This document shows positions 37,961 through 52,164 of a stretch of 63,435 bases of DNA, one piece after another. This DNA is from Octopus bimaculoides. Lineage: Eukaryota. The first letter of the stretch is position 1. Each line of letters begins with the position of its first letter. The stretch lies in contig NC_068983.1 in NCBI RefSeq assembly GCF_001194135.2, positions 12,839,808-12,903,242 of the forward strand. The letters are read 5' to 3'. The notes under the pieces were generated by a model. It was not told the DNA's origin, ran no database searches, and worked only from the letters and a program-made list of their open reading frames with translations. A program made the translations under genes and the position numbers.

Positions 37961-39911
37961 TTATTGCATAGATCTGCTTGCATGAATGGATTGTATAGAA
38001 TAGCACAAGCCAGATTTAATCAATAAAAATTCTCCATAACACCATGCCGTTAAAACGCCTTACACTATAAAACCAAATTATTATGCTCCAAAACTAAACC
38101 TACTCTATAAAACTTTACCTTTACAGAAATATATAAATCAAAATGCAATAAAATGTTTCCTAGTATCATCATGGCTTCCCTAGATGTATTTTTGAAGTCA
38201 CTTTCAGTACCATACTTGTTACAGAGTAACAAATTTGCACTTTAACAAATGTATTGAGTAATCCTTTAATTTAATGTAAAATTGTTTTTATTACAACATA
38301 AAAACAAACATAAATAAATACCTATATATATATAAAGATATTTTTAAAGAATACGTACATATGTACGTACATATACACTCATATATATGTGTGTGTATAC
38401 ATGAATATGTGTGTGAGTGTAAGCGAATTTGTGTGGAGGTGTATTGTCAGAGAATGCTTATATTTGTGAAGTGCAAATATCTCGTTAAGATACAGCACGC
38501 CACTCACGTTTATTGGCAGCATTCAAACAGTTCGTTTTCATACAATCGAAATCCAAAATATAATTTCCACAAATAGACGGGGTGTCGAATGCATGGACTT
38601 CGTGCCTATTTGTCAGTAACTCAGTAAATGAAAATAAAACTACTTTCACAATATCATTTATTTTGGAATGTGGTTGAGTGTTTAATGCATCTGTCTAGTT
38701 CTTTTTTTATTTCTGTATATATTTTTAGCATTTAAACACTTATATTGAACATTAAAAGCGAGAAGTCGGTCTCGATACATAGAATTTAGTACAAATTGCA
38801 AATTTTACACAAGCGGTATACACATGAGTCTGTATATTGAACACACATATACGTATATATGTGTGTACGGAAGTATATGAATAACTATCACTCTACATAA
38901 CTAATAGTCTATGCGCACATAAACACACACACATATATGAACACATGCTTATTTATCTTCTCCCGCTCTGTATAAATATTTATACATATATCTATGTGTG
39001 TGTATTCATGTAAATATATGTACGTATGTATGTGTGTGTGTGTGTGTATGTGCGTAGACATTTTCGTATTAAAGGTACAGTTTCGAAGATATTGATTTGG
39101 TATAGTTAACTCCGAATGGTGTTGTCATGAACACTTGTCGAGATTAAAAGGAATTTTCATAAAAATGACCACACACCAATGAAAACCAAAGTAATATCTA
39201 TAGTGTGTGTGTCTAAATATATATATATATATANNNNNNNNNNNNNNNNNNNNNNNNNNNNNNNNNNNNNNNNNNNNNNNNNNNNNNNNNNNNNNNNNNN
39301 NNNNNNNNNNNNNNNNNNNNNNNNNNNNNNNNNNNNNNNNNNNNNNNNNNNNNNNNNNNNNNNNNNNNNNNNNNNNNNNNNNNNNNNNNNNNNNNNNNNN
39401 NNNNNNNNNNNNNNNNNNNNNNNNNNNNNNNNNNNNNNNNNNNNNNNNNNNNNNNNNNNNNNNNNNNNNNNNNNNNNNNNNNNNNNNNNNNNNNNNNNNN
39501 NNNNNNNNNNNNNNNNNNNNNNNNNNNNNNNNNNNNNNNNNNNNNNNNNNNNNNNNNNNNNNNNNNNNNNNNNNNNNNNNNNNNNNNNNNNNNNNNNNNN
39601 NNNNNNNNNNNNNNNNNNNNNNNNNNNNNNNNNNNNNNNNNNNNNNNNNNNNNNNNNNNNNNNNNNNNNNNNNNNNNNNNNNNNNNNNNNNNNNNNNNNN
39701 NNNNNNNNNNNNNNNNNNNNNNNNNNNNNNNNNNNNNNNNNNNNNNNNNNNNNNNNNNNNNNNNNNNNNNNNNNNNNNNNNNNNNNNNNNNNNNNNNNNN
39801 NNNNNNNNNNNNNNNNNNNNNNNNNNNNNNNNNNNNNNNNNNNNNNNNNNNNNNNNNNNNNNNNNNNNNNNNNNNNNNNNNNNNNNNNNNNNNNNNNATT
39901 TATATATATAA

Positions 39912-39973
<62 letters not shown>

Positions 39974-41624
39974 GTGTATACACACACAGAGGAAGAGAAA
40001 ATTAACAGTTTAAGTCAAGGGTAACCCAAACTAAAAGGTACCGGTCTGAGTTCTCCAACTGGTAAGCTACTAGGATCCAATTTCACTCGGCGGCTGGAAT
40101 TGTGGTAGACACTGTCCAGTTGGGAGAAAACCTGCGACCTGTATCTAACCATCGAGTCAGTAGGAATAATTTGAAGAAGAGGAAATACAGTCATTCGAAG
40201 CATTAACAAAAGATTCTCTGAAAGCTTTCCTCTAAATGCCTCTTTCCCCCTGTCTCTCTCACTTACTCACTCTCTCTCTTTCTCTCTTCTCATTGGCGAA
40301 CATTATGGAATTTTTATTCATTACGTCTCACTTGTTGAACGTTTTCATCAAAATAGTCCGTTGAAGGTAATTTTGTTACATGGCTATCAACAAATCTCAC
40401 GATTTTGTCAGCTATTTTAATATCATATCAAAACTTTCTTCTCATTTGTACTACTCAAAGCTTACGAGATTGATTCATAGCTTCCTATCAGTTGGTAACA
40501 TCGCCTTATAACACTCCCTTCCGAATTAGCCACCATTTCCAGTTCTTATTACCATCAATATCGTTCTTCTGGAATCTGTTTCTTGCTCACGTCTCACACG
40601 TTGACCTGCATCAGTTTATAGGCATTTAGCACGCTAGCCTCAGCAAAAGGCCTGGATTGTCCATCAGTATGCACTCCGTACCTGACACAGCAAGTAAATA
40701 AAAGAGCACGTTATTACCATCCACATATACATGTCTGCGCACGCGGTCATATGTAGATGTGAACGAAAATGCATGTTCGTACATGTATACGTATACTACG
40801 TTATTGCTTTGTGGGCGTTGCTTTTGTAGATTAAACCATAGTTAAAATGCATTGAATGCATTTCTCCTGAAATCGAATACTTTCTATGCAGTACTCGATC
40901 TCAAGTCACCTTTCAGTATTCTTGCATGACTATACATCAAGCTTAAGGAAACGGCAACAGTTTTCGATATTTTATAGTTTTCTCCATTACTACAAGCTAA
41001 CATGTACTTATTTCAATTTTCTCTTAAATATATATCTCTCTACGTGTATTTACTGACAGATCTGAAAATATGAAATACAGTATCTGTTACTAAACAAAAG
41101 TATTTCACCGATACTACGAATTCGCAAGTTATAACAAAGAAGATGATAATAAATGATTTATATAACTTCAAATTTTCATCTCAGTTGCAAGTTTCTACGG
41201 AGCCAGCTGTGACATAGTCCACCTCTTATGTGTCATATGCGAGCGATATTTGATAAGAGTTATGTTGGTGACATTGATACAATTTTTCAAAAGTGAATAG
41301 CATGAAAAGAAATTGAAGCAAAGCTATTTGCATAAGAGCTTGATCAGCCAAAATAACATTGGCTGAAATTTTCATATAACAATATTTCATTTTAGCCTAA
41401 GATGTTCTCAATCATTTGAAACTTGTGTCTACTACGTTGCGTGTGCGTCGAATACTGTTATTCACTACCACTCTTCTTGTGTGAATAAATAACTTATATA
41501 TTTCCACCTAATCCTGAATATTCATTTGTAGTAGACACTTCAATATACAAGCATAAGTGGTTGTGTGTGAGTGTGTGAGTACGAGCATATATGTATAATC
41601 AGCAAGGCATTCATAAAGATATTT

Positions 41625-41681
<57 letters not shown>

Positions 41682-41819
41682 TAAGGTGGATATAATTTCA
41701 CAGCATGGCCAGGAACTGGCATCATTTCACTGAACTCTCTTGCCAAAGATCAAATATAATGGAGGCAGCTACCTCCTTTTAGTGCGTATTATGCCGCAGG
41801 AAGAAACAACGGAAAAAAG

Positions 41820-41943
41820 ATTGCTTCTCAAACACATGGCTCTAGGTTCAGTCCTACTGCGTGACATTTTGGGCACGTATTTTCTATCATAGCCTCGTAC
41901 TGACCAAACCCTTGTGAGTGGATTTGGTAGAGTGAAAATGAAG
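41820..41943 (+). mobile_element. SINE family A head fragment
   Basis: CACATGGCTCTAGGTTCAGTCC...GACCAAACCCTTGTGAGTGGATTTGGTAGA. Confidence 0.75.
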
Positions 41944-41959
41944 GCTTTAGTATGTGAAT

Positions 41960-42635
41960 TAAAAATACGAGTAAAGAGGGAATAATTGGGCCTTAAGAAA
42001 AACTGATAATTTATATCATATAGATATTTGTAAAGATTATGAATTAATGGAAATTGAGATTACTATTAACTATTAACTAGTGAGTAAGAATGTCTTAAGA
42101 TCTATTAACTTAGAAGATAAGAAAACTATGTGTGATTATGATCTTGATGACAGAACTGAGCCTCTTGTGACTAGGAAGCCCAGAATTGTTTTGAAAGATT
42201 ATAAAGAAAACTTCTCCAGCCCTAAAGTTAGATTAATTTGCCCAGGTGGTTCTGACCTGGGCAGGTCACGTAAAATTATTTTCGATAAGTATATGCCTAA
42301 ACTTAAGAAAATATCAAAGCTAGATTTCTGGTCCAATACCAAGGAAGCCATTAATTGGTTTGATAAATTGGATAATAAAAATAGAAGTAAATTCATTCAG
42401 ATTGCTATTAATAAATATATTTTTTCTATTAATCGAATTGTGCTAAATAGTGCATTGATATTTACTAGGAAATATTCTAACTTCAGCTTAAGAGAAATTA
42501 CATTTATTTTGGAAGCCATGATATCTATTATTTTATTTGATAACAATTACTGGGCCAGAAAAACTAAATGATCATTTTGACATAACCATGGGTTCTGCGG
42601 ATTGTGCCCAGGTTAATAACTTAATTGATATTCTT
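41960..42635 (+). mobile_element. Penelope-like element fossil: N-terminal RT half, same family as 35130
   Basis: KTDNLY, LDDRTE, IVLKDYKENF..PKVRLICP..SDLG, WSNTKEAINWF, FDITMGSADCAQ. The FDITMGS DNA matches 35154-35182 at 25 of 29 positions. Truncated at a family A SINE. Confidence 0.85.
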
Positions 42636-42639
42636 TCTT

Positions 42640-43045
42640 TTCTTTTATTCTTTTACTTGTTTCATTCATTTGACTGCAGCCATGCTGGAGCACCGCCTTT
42701 AGTCGACTTAAATCAACCCCAGGACTTATTCTTTGCAAGCCTAGTATTTATTCTATCGGTCTCTTTCGCCGAACCACTAAGTTACGGGGACCTAAACACA
42801 CCAGCATCGGTTGCCAAGCGATGCTGGGAAGACAAACACAGATACAGAACATATGCACACACATATATATATACATATATACGACGAACTTCTTTCAGTT
42901 TCCGTCTACCAAAGCCACTCGCAAGTCTTTGGTCGGCCTGAGGTTATAGTAGAAGACACTTGCTCAAAGTGCCACGCAGTGGGACTGAACCTAGAATCAT
43001 GTGGTTGGTAAGCTAGCTACTTTTAACACAGACACTCCTGCGCCT
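42640..43045 (-). mobile_element. SINE family A, full length
   Basis: All modules present in reverse complement. Confidence 0.93.
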
Positions 43046-43459
43046 ATATATACATATTATATCACTTCCATAATAATTTTTTTATTGTACTTGTTATGTA
43101 GTTGAAAAGTTAGCGATCACGTTCCTAAACATAGGTATTTGAATGAATTTGTTTACAATCCAGCCTTCCTTTCACACGGACTTTCGTCTGTCTTTTAAAC
43201 CAAAGCTCAGTAGAGACTTATTTAAATGGATATGAATTATTTATAGATCAAATAATGAATATAAATCGAAACAAATTGTTGGTTTCTTGGTTTTTTAATT
43301 ATATTTTATGTCATATTATATTATATGCATAATATATTACAATATAACATGTTATTATGTTATATTGTAATATAAATAAATTATCAAATTGTCAATTGAA
43401 TCGCTCTATTTCATTTATTGTTTATATATATATATGTATGTGGGGTGTGGGGGTGTGAG

Positions 43460-43615
43460 AGGGTGTATTTGTGCCTGTGTTTATCCTCCCATCATTGCTT
43501 GGCAACTAGTTTTGTTGTATTTACATCTCCAGAAGTTACAGTTCGGCAAAAAGACACCGATAGAATAAATACCAGGTTTAAAATAATGTGTCCTGCTTAC
43601 GATTTGTTCGTCTAA
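43460..43615 (+). mobile_element. SINE family A, diverged 3' fragment
   Basis: GTTCGGCAAAAAGACACCGATAGAATAAATACCAGG...GATTTGTTCGTCTAAA. Confidence 0.65.
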
Positions 43616-44583
43616 ATGCTTTTTAATGTTAGGTGATGCAGTTTTGTTCCACTTAGCAACAAATTTGTCAAAGAATCCGAAAACGTTTTGCGAAATTATT
43701 TCAATATTTTATCAGTTGTTAAAAGAAATACTCAAACATCAATTCAGTAACAGGAAATAAAAGGAGTACATTCCGTAGGGAAAATAACGAGACAATTTCT
43801 TTATTTCGTTGAGCGTAATTCTATGGTGTATGCACATGTAATATTCTAAAATTTTAAAACTTTTATGATTTTGCAAAAACCTATAACATACTGATATGGT
43901 AAAGTAAAATATTGAAGATTATAATTAAAAATATGAAATTAAATTACTCAATTTATGAACACGAATCCAAGAATGTATTCGCAATTGTATAATGTCTAAT
44001 TAAATTTAATATTTATATACGAAACTCTTAACAATTTTACTTCAACATCTGCTATTAAAATTTGTATGATGTAGAGTTTTTTTTTAAATCCAGAGCGACA
44101 TTTTGAAATTTTGATGCGAAATTTTTTTTTGAATAAATAATACTTTGCAAGTGAAGAATATGAAACTAATAAGTCTATAGAGCCGGAGGCAGGATGTGAT
44201 TCTCGGTGAAATATAATTATGATAGGTGAAATGGTAGAACTTTGTTAGTTATAACGGTTATTAGAAATAGTCAACTTCAATATTGTAAAATATCAATTTG
44301 AATATGCATTAATTAGCAATACGAGATGGCTAATTTAGAATACATAAGGTATTAATGTTGTAATATTAATTACATTTATTCAAATGTATGTACGCATTCA
44401 TATATGTATCTATCCGTCTATCTATATCTACAAATTATTCATACGTATGTGTGTGTGTGTGTGTGTGTGTGTGCTTGCGCGCGCGTATGTATGTATATGA
44501 ATATATATAGTACATACGCATACATAAATATATATATGTATATATACATATATATATGTGTGTGTGTATGTAAATGTACGCTA

Positions 44584-44625
<42 letters not shown>

Positions 44626-45367
44626 GCGTACATTTAAACACAAGAGATTCTGCCTTTAACAGCAGTTTTACACGCTAGAAGAAGCAGTCAAAACGACCAA
44701 AATCATATTTAAGAGCAATTTCGAAGGGAATGAAAAATAAAAACTTTTACCTAGTTATTTCTACGGTCATACCTCCATTTTGAATTTTATTTAGCAAATA
44801 AAATAATTTGCCAGGCGAAAACCTCATCAGTTACCGCGNNNNNNNNNNNNNNNNNNNNNNNNNNNNNNNNNNNNNNNNNNNNNNNNNNNNNNNNNNNNNN
44901 NNNNNNNNNNNNNNNNNNNNNNNNNNNNNNNNNNNNNNNNNNNNNNNNNNNNNNNNNNNNNNNNNNNNNNNNNNNNNNNNNNNNNNNNNNNNNNNNNNNN
45001 NNNNNNNNNNNNNNNNNNNNNNNNNNNNNNNNNNNNNNNNNNNNNNNNNNNNNNNNNNNNNNNNNNNNNNNNNNNNNNNNNNNNNNNNNNNNNNNNNNNN
45101 NNNNNNNNNNNNNNNNNNNNNNNNNNNNNNNNNNNNNNNNNNNNNNNNNNNNNNNNNNNNNNNNNNNNNNNNNNNNNNNNNNNNNNNNNNNNNNNNNNNN
45201 NNNNNNNNNNNNNNNNNNNNNNNNNNNNNNNNNNNNNNNNNNNNNNNNNNNNNNNNNNNNNNNNNNNNNNNNNNNNNNNNNNNNNNNNNNNNNNNNNNNN
45301 NNNNNNNNNNNNNNNNNNNNNNNNNNNNNNNNNNNNNNNNNNNNNNNNNNNNNNNNNNNNNNNNNNN

Positions 45368-45411
<44 letters not shown>

Positions 45412-45413
45412 CG

Positions 45414-45449
<36 letters not shown>

Positions 45450-45929
45450 CATACGTACATATAATTACATAATACTAATTTGCAAAGTGAACATCGAGAA
45501 TCAAAACGATCATTGCATACTTAATAGATCTCGGCAGATTCCAAAGTGAATATGCTAATGGCTGCTGTGTTTCATCACAGGAAAATATTTCCTTCTTTAT
45601 CATAAATATACACTCATACGACACCTAATTCTTTAGTACATGAGGCTTTGTGACAGCCAGTGTTTTGACATATTAAAAGAGGTGTCGGTATGATAACAAT
45701 TCTATTTTTTTTTCCGAGAATATATTCCGATCATGAAATTATGCTGCCATGATTTTATCAGGAAAACGATTTGCTAATCAATATCATGACCCTATAACTT
45801 ATTCTAAAACCTAGCATATTTTAAGCGCGACTAATTCATAGTGAAAAAATAAACACACCGATTAAAAAAAAACACTAGATCTACTCTCGGAAAAGCAAAT
45901 AGGATGCTGAAAAGGATCGCCTTGTTGTA

Positions 45930-46850
45930 CAGATCAGTTATCAATAAGGAAAGTCATAAGAGAGAACCGCAGGGGAATGAATTCTCTGGGTATAGCCTTG
46001 ATTGAATACGAAAGTCTTTTGGCAGTTTCCCCACACGTGAATCGTAGACATATTAGTTATAACTACAATGGCGTCGTTAGAAATAACCTACATACCTACA
46101 TACAATGTCATGAGTAAATGACAAACAATTTTACCGTCACAGAACAAAAGAAAGCTCTTTCTAAAACCTATCCAATCCTTTTGTGTCTAATGATGATAAA
46201 TTCAAGCAATATTTTTACAGAATTGTAGTCTTGCAAAAATGCTATGATAAGTGAACTAACCACTTTGCTATATAGACGTATTATAAAAAGTATTGCTTAA
46301 AACTATAAGGATTTACTAGGTAAATAAACTGAGATAAAACAATTAGACAAACACTCTCAAGGACATACTTTAAAATTAATGATCTAGACTGTATGCAGCG
46401 CACATAGTGAAATGAAAAATAAGAAAGAATATTAAAGATGCATCTATCTTATACTTATTACAGAGCTGAGTGTACTCGAAAAGTACAGTAATCTGACCGA
46501 AAGACTTATGAGTAATAGCAATATTATTTTCAATTAGACAGGAAACAATCTAGAAGCAATGGACAAGAAAATAATGAATGTTAAAGAAAATACAGCATAC
46601 AAAAATCTCACATAAAACGTTTATATTTACCACAAATACAGGGAAGAAGTTAACGTATTAGAAAGCTAGATATTTATTACGAAATATCAGCCGTACTATA
46701 AAAAAATATCTTGTAAATAACATTAGAAAACCAATATGATTTCAAATTACGAAGTAGCCAACATATGCAAAACATGCTCCAGTAATACAGTTATGAGGAA
46801 AACTCAAACACAGAAATTATGAAAAGTGACAACTTTGACAGTCATGTAGG
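45930..46850 (+). mobile_element. R4/Dong-like non-LTR retrotransposon RT fossil
   Basis: EIKQLD, HSEMKNKKEY*RCIYLILITEL, NIIFN*T.NNLEAMDKKI and KRLYLPQIQGR (46615) match the R4-clade pattern HxxMKxKIxKEYxRRVRxILKTEL / NWTxxELxxLDRKTR / RLYLPRxxGGRGL, from memory. Confidence 0.6.
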
Positions 46851-47104
46851 ATCTGACAGAAGTGGATCATCTCTATACTTTTGATGAGAAAAATATCTAT
46901 TTCTCTTCGGAGTTTACAAAAGCGAAACAGGACTTTACCCTAGCTGAGCCACCTCACTCGTGTGTGATAAGGTTAGTCACAGAATTCAGAATCAATTTCT
47001 ACAAGAAAAGCCTAGAACTGGTGGTGACCAAATGCATGACCCCGAATGAAGTTCACCGCAGAAACGACTGGTTTTAGCACACAAGAAATATCTAAGTCTT
47101 TCCC

Positions 47105-47700
47105 TCAGAGTCCTTGCTGATGTATAAGGCAGTGTACAAACAGAGCGCCCGGGAGTTGAAAATCTTCCAACTCTGTCCTGATCCGTTCCACTTGACCTTT
47201 CCTCACTTCAGCCATGTCTTTTCTTCCATCAACTGTAACACATTGAAGCTGATTCCACTGAAGGTGATAACCTTGCAATTTTGTCTGCACTCATATGAAA
47301 ATGTCTTCTCAGTTGTTGTTGCAAACGGACACCAACTCTTCTGTGATTTGAAAGTTCAAATTGACCACATGAATGAACACGAAAAGTTGTGATGTACTCG
47401 CTAGATAATGCCACAAGAAGTTCCTAGCTTTCTCGCGTAGCTATAGCACTATTTTCTCCCCAAGTTCTTGTTCCCCGCAGAAATGAACTTGCTGAAAGGC
47501 TGATAATTCCAAAAGCTCTCAGGACACAAGCCATTTGTGACGTACATCATACAATCTTTGGTGAAGTTGCTACTGTCAGTAAACGGTTTTCTTCGCTCTG
47601 CCATCTAATGCACGATTTTGTAACTTGTGCGAGTGACAGATTCCTTTTCTGCAAACATTCTCGAAAAGAAAATGATGTTTAAATACGGCAATGCAAGTTA
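47105..47700 (-). mobile_element. hAT transposase fossil (SPIN/GTF2IRD2-like)
   Basis: SYKIVH*MAERRKPFTDS...KDCMM.V...LCPE, ALSSEY (ALDEST-like), TTTEKTF, LQWNQLQCVTVDG..DM (TTDGAPxM) and HCLIHQQ (CxxH motif). Confidence 0.8.
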
Positions 47701-47899
47701 AAATACGATCGCTGAAGGACTGAACTCTCAATGCACGTTCTTATACAAAAGGTACAGTGCAGTGCGGGACGTAGTTTGTTTATCTCTGTGCTGGACATAT
47801 GGGCTAGAATGTTCAAACAAGTTGTATGAGAAACAACCTCTGCCACTAGCAAGGAATTACCAAGTGAAACTCACATAGGATATGCAAATATAGATTGAT

Positions 47900-48330
47900 G
47901 AGAAGCTGCAGCATAACCGACCAAGTATCACTCTTTCTCGGAGTGTTCCAAAGTATGAACCTTCATCGACGGAGCAAACCAGATTATTGCGAAGAGAGAG
48001 TACGAGAAAAGAAATACCAAGTCCTGGACGTGAAATGCATCCATGGAATCTCAAAAGTAAGTGTATTACCTATTTCGTTCGGTCACTTGGTATCAGCTCC
48101 AAAACGCAATATTCTGGCATGAAATCTGCCAATACCAGACTTTATAGAAAGTATACAGTTGGCAGCTTGCTTGGAACAGTTACGACTCTAAGATGCGGGC
48201 AGGAGCTGAGACGTTGCATAGATAACTCCAAGGAAGAAAAGAAAATACAAAGAATAATAATAGTGTTACAATAAGAACATAGAGGTGGAACGAACGAAAA
48301 CTCAAACGCCACAGAGGACGTCGGAAAAAA
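47900..48330 (+). mobile_element. Possible RTE-type LINE RT C-terminal fossil
   Basis: Across frames: FIDG..QII..EKKY, TRLYRK..V.SLL, TLRCGQEL (TLLYGSETW-like), KEEKKIQ; weak. Confidence 0.35.
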
Positions 48331-48593
48331 TAAAGAAATAAAGAAAAATATATGATATCTCTTCAACTTCATTGACATACATAGTCTGTTACTGATGGAA
48401 CACTGTATGAATTTTGTTCTGATGAAATATATATTTTGAATCAAAGTGAACTAAAATTTAATGGATAATTTCTTCGTGCAGCTGATTGTTGATATGACGC
48501 ATAATGTTAAATCATCGAATGCTATATGAGAAATATTAAAACATATGCTTTATTTTGTAAAAAAAGACAAAATCACCATAGACCACACGCGCA

Positions 48594-48633
<40 letters not shown>

Positions 48634-48826
48634 NNNNNNNNNNNNNNNNNNNNNNNNNNNNNNNNNNNNNNNNNNNNNNNNNNNNNNNNNNNNNNNNNNN
48701 NNNNNNNNNNNNNNNNNNNNNNNNNNNNNNNNNNNNNNNNNNNNNNNNNNNNNNNNNNNNNNNNNNNNNNNNNNNNNNNNNNNNNNNNNNNNNNNNNNNN
48801 NNNNNNNNNNNNNNNNNNNNNNNNNN

Positions 48827-48862
<36 letters not shown>

Positions 48863-49181
48863 GTATATGCATTTATACATACATACAATACAAGCTTTTG
48901 GAAAAGATGGCTGAATATATAGAAGCATAAAGAAAAGCCATTGAAGTGCTATGTTCATAGCTGTATTTATGTAAGTAAATAATCCCGCCAGTGGTGTCAT
49001 ACTCATATTTCATATTAAAATGAAAGCATCCTAATTACGTTGTGAGCGTAGGAGTGATATCCCTTAATAATACTATATAGATGCAAATAAGATGATAACT
49101 TATTTTCGAACGCAGAAACACCGTTAAACAGCATGAACATTGCGCAAATTACTCTTACAAAGCGGCAAAAATGTTTCAACA

Positions 49182-49250
49182 AGAAGTGATGGGACTCGAA
49201 CCTATATTTCTTAAAGCGGCCAAGTGCTTTATCATTATGCTAAACTGCCC
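49182..49250 (-). mobile_element. tRNA-like SINE head or tRNA pseudogene fragment
   Basis: Minus strand has TAGCATAATGA (A-box-like) and GGTTCGAGTCC (B-box), but no acceptor stem forms. Confidence 0.4.
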
Positions 49251-49522
49251 TACGCCAAATTGATTCGATTTTTAGGTGCTTTTAAAGCTAATGTGCAACA
49301 ACAAGTTTATAAATATAATCAAACATTTTTTTTTTATAAGTGGAATCTTCAAGGGATATGGGTTCGAGTCTTATGGCTATTTGTTGACAAACTTTTAAGC
49401 TTTATAAGGGTAATTTACCCAATGTTTCTACTGTTCTAACGGCGTCTCTGCTTTCAAGAATAACTTATCTTATTTGTATTTATATACACATTTCAGCGCT
49501 TATAAAAACAAATGTTAGTTTG

Positions 49523-49604
<82 letters not shown>

Positions 49605-49609
<5 letters not shown>

Positions 49610-50270
49610 GAGAGGTGTTCATGAAAGCTTTCCCCTGATCCACTGCCGGTCATCGCAGGAAACGGAAAGTATAATTACACATGTCTCTACATGTCATATT
49701 GCAAATTGCTGCTTTCCACTAGCATTCGTTTAGCTTTTACGGCTGCTGAAGTGGACTAAGGAGTTATAACGGAGGCAGTTTGATGCCGATCAGTGATCAG
49801 GTTCTTATATTTGAAAGGTCTACACCAAAAGAGACTTTCGATAAGATGAAAGAAATTTATGGTGATGATGCACCATCATACAGCGTAGTGAAGCACTGGT
49901 ATTACCAGTTCAAATGTAGTCGGACATCGGTGAAAACTGCTCCTATTCCTGGACAACCACATTCTGCCATTGATGACGACACCATTCATAAAGTGGAAAC
50001 CGCCATTCTAGAGAATCGCTGCGTAACTATTCGGCAACTACTGAAGATAAGTGGAGGGTTCGTGGAAAAATCATTTACGACCATTTGCATATGCGGAAGT
50101 TGACTGCAAGATTGATTCCCTGGATGTTCACACATTTTGAGATGCAAGAACGAGTCAATTATTCTCAGACTCTTTTGGCAACGTATCAAGGAAACGAGAA
50201 GGACTTTTTTGGCAGACTTATCACATAGGATGAAACATGGATCGATCACTAAAATCTAGTCAAAGCATGA
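49605..50270 (+). mobile_element. Mariner fossil, 5' half (irritans-like), 3'-truncated
   Basis: TIR-like GAGAGGTGTTCATGAAAGCTTT; TPKETFDKMKEIYGDDAPSYSVVKHW..QFK.SRTSV, LTARLIPW (WVP motif), LIT*DETWI. Confidence 0.88.
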
Positions 50271-51726
50271 TAACTCACTAGTTATAACGAGAAAAACAAA
50301 TCAAAACGAAAAACATCGCGATTCAAAGAACCAAAAGGTTCTTACTGTGGAACAGTAAGAAGATTCTGCTGTCGGTGTTACAGATGAAGAATATCAATAA
50401 AATCTCAATGGGTAATATAAAATAAAATACGATTCGTGTGTATCGTGACGATCGGGTGTGCACGAACTGATATTTATTTAATGAATGACAGATAAAAGGA
50501 TGTCTCTGTTATTTCTATGTAGGAGTTGTACAGGTCAAATCTGGAAAAGAATCCTCGATATTTCGAGGAAGATTTCATAATGAATGCAGGAATTTCTCCT
50601 GTTGTTGTTGTCGCTGTTTTTGTTGCTATTGCAGTTGTCTAAATAATGGCTATGGACAAACAGCAAAACTGGAACTAATCCGTCGCGTTGAAGACTAATA
50701 TTTAGCGGCTAGTTATAGTAGATCGGGCGACTTTATCGAGGATCTATTTTTAGAGTGTGCCGATTGTAACGTTCCTGATTGAGACAAATTTCGGTAACAT
50801 TGCTAACAGAACAGAGGTTGTGAAGCAGTTACACAAGCTGACACAGTAAGTCAGAGCTGAAGGAGGTGTGAGGTGAGGAGAAAAAGCGACATAGGTTTTT
50901 ACAGTTTGAGGAAAGGATGGAAGAATCCTTATTTTTATTCTAGCTCGTAAGAGGGAATTAAAAAATACATACCTTCTGTTCCTCTAATCATTAACGCAGA
51001 TGTCACCTCCTTGATTTGAAGGGAAGAAAATCATAGATTCTTTAATCAATCTATTTTATTGAATCAATATATATGAATCTATTTACACGGCCATTACATT
51101 GGACATTACTTTGCCGGAAGAAAAGTTTCTGTCGTAACAAAGAACACGTTTCTTATATAATTTAACTGATGTTTAATGAGTCCTCATTACACCCAAGAAT
51201 TTCATTTTTATCAATTTGGGGTAATTTATCCCGGTTTGCCGACCCCTATTCAAATGAATACGTTGAGAAACTGAATCAATAGAAATGTCTCCTAAAATAA
51301 TTAATACATACATGAAACTATATATCAATTAAATTCGGCAATATGATTCATGAGAAGTAGATACCGCAGACTCTAGAACATAGTTAAATTACTCAAATGG
51401 AAATTCTATAGTTTCGGTAACTAATAGAGACAGAAATGCAAGCAATCGTCATAGAATTTGAATAATGGAAACATGGATTATGTGTGAAAATAAAATAAAA
51501 AATTCAGAGAACTGATTGTTTAAAAACCGAATGGTAGAAACAAAATAGACAGAAATGTAAACCAGAAAATTATATTCAACACAAGAACCATAAAGGAAAA
51601 TGTCTTGTTTATTCAAAATAAAGTGAAATGTACTCTGCAGCAGGTAAATGTTTGGAGACCAAATATTGATGCAAGTATAAATGTTTGAGTTAAAATTTTC
51701 GAAGTATTCTCTAGTGTAACATATAT

Positions 51727-52164
51727 CTTTTGCTTGTTTCAGTCATTAGACTGCGGCTATGCTGGGGCACCTCCTTCAGCAATTTGTTTAGTCGAATTTC
51801 TTAAGCCTGGTACTGGTTCTGTCGGTTTCTTTTGCCGAACCGCTAAGTTACGAAGTGGTAAACACACCAACAACGGGTTGTCAAGCAGTGGTAAGGGACA
51901 AATACACACACACACACACACACACTAATATACACATATCATGCACACACACACACATACACACACACACGCATACATACACATATATATAATATACGAC
52001 GGGCTTCTTTCGGTTTCATTCTACCAAATCCACTCACAAGGCTTTGATCGGCCTGAGGCGAACTATAGTAGAAGAAACTTGCCTATGGCGCCAGGCAGTG
52101 GGACTAAACCTAGAACCATGTGATTGGGAAGCAGGCTTCTTACCACATAACCACGCCTACGCCT
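51727..52164 (-). mobile_element. SINE family A, full length, diverged
   Basis: All modules present in reverse complement. Confidence 0.9.
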
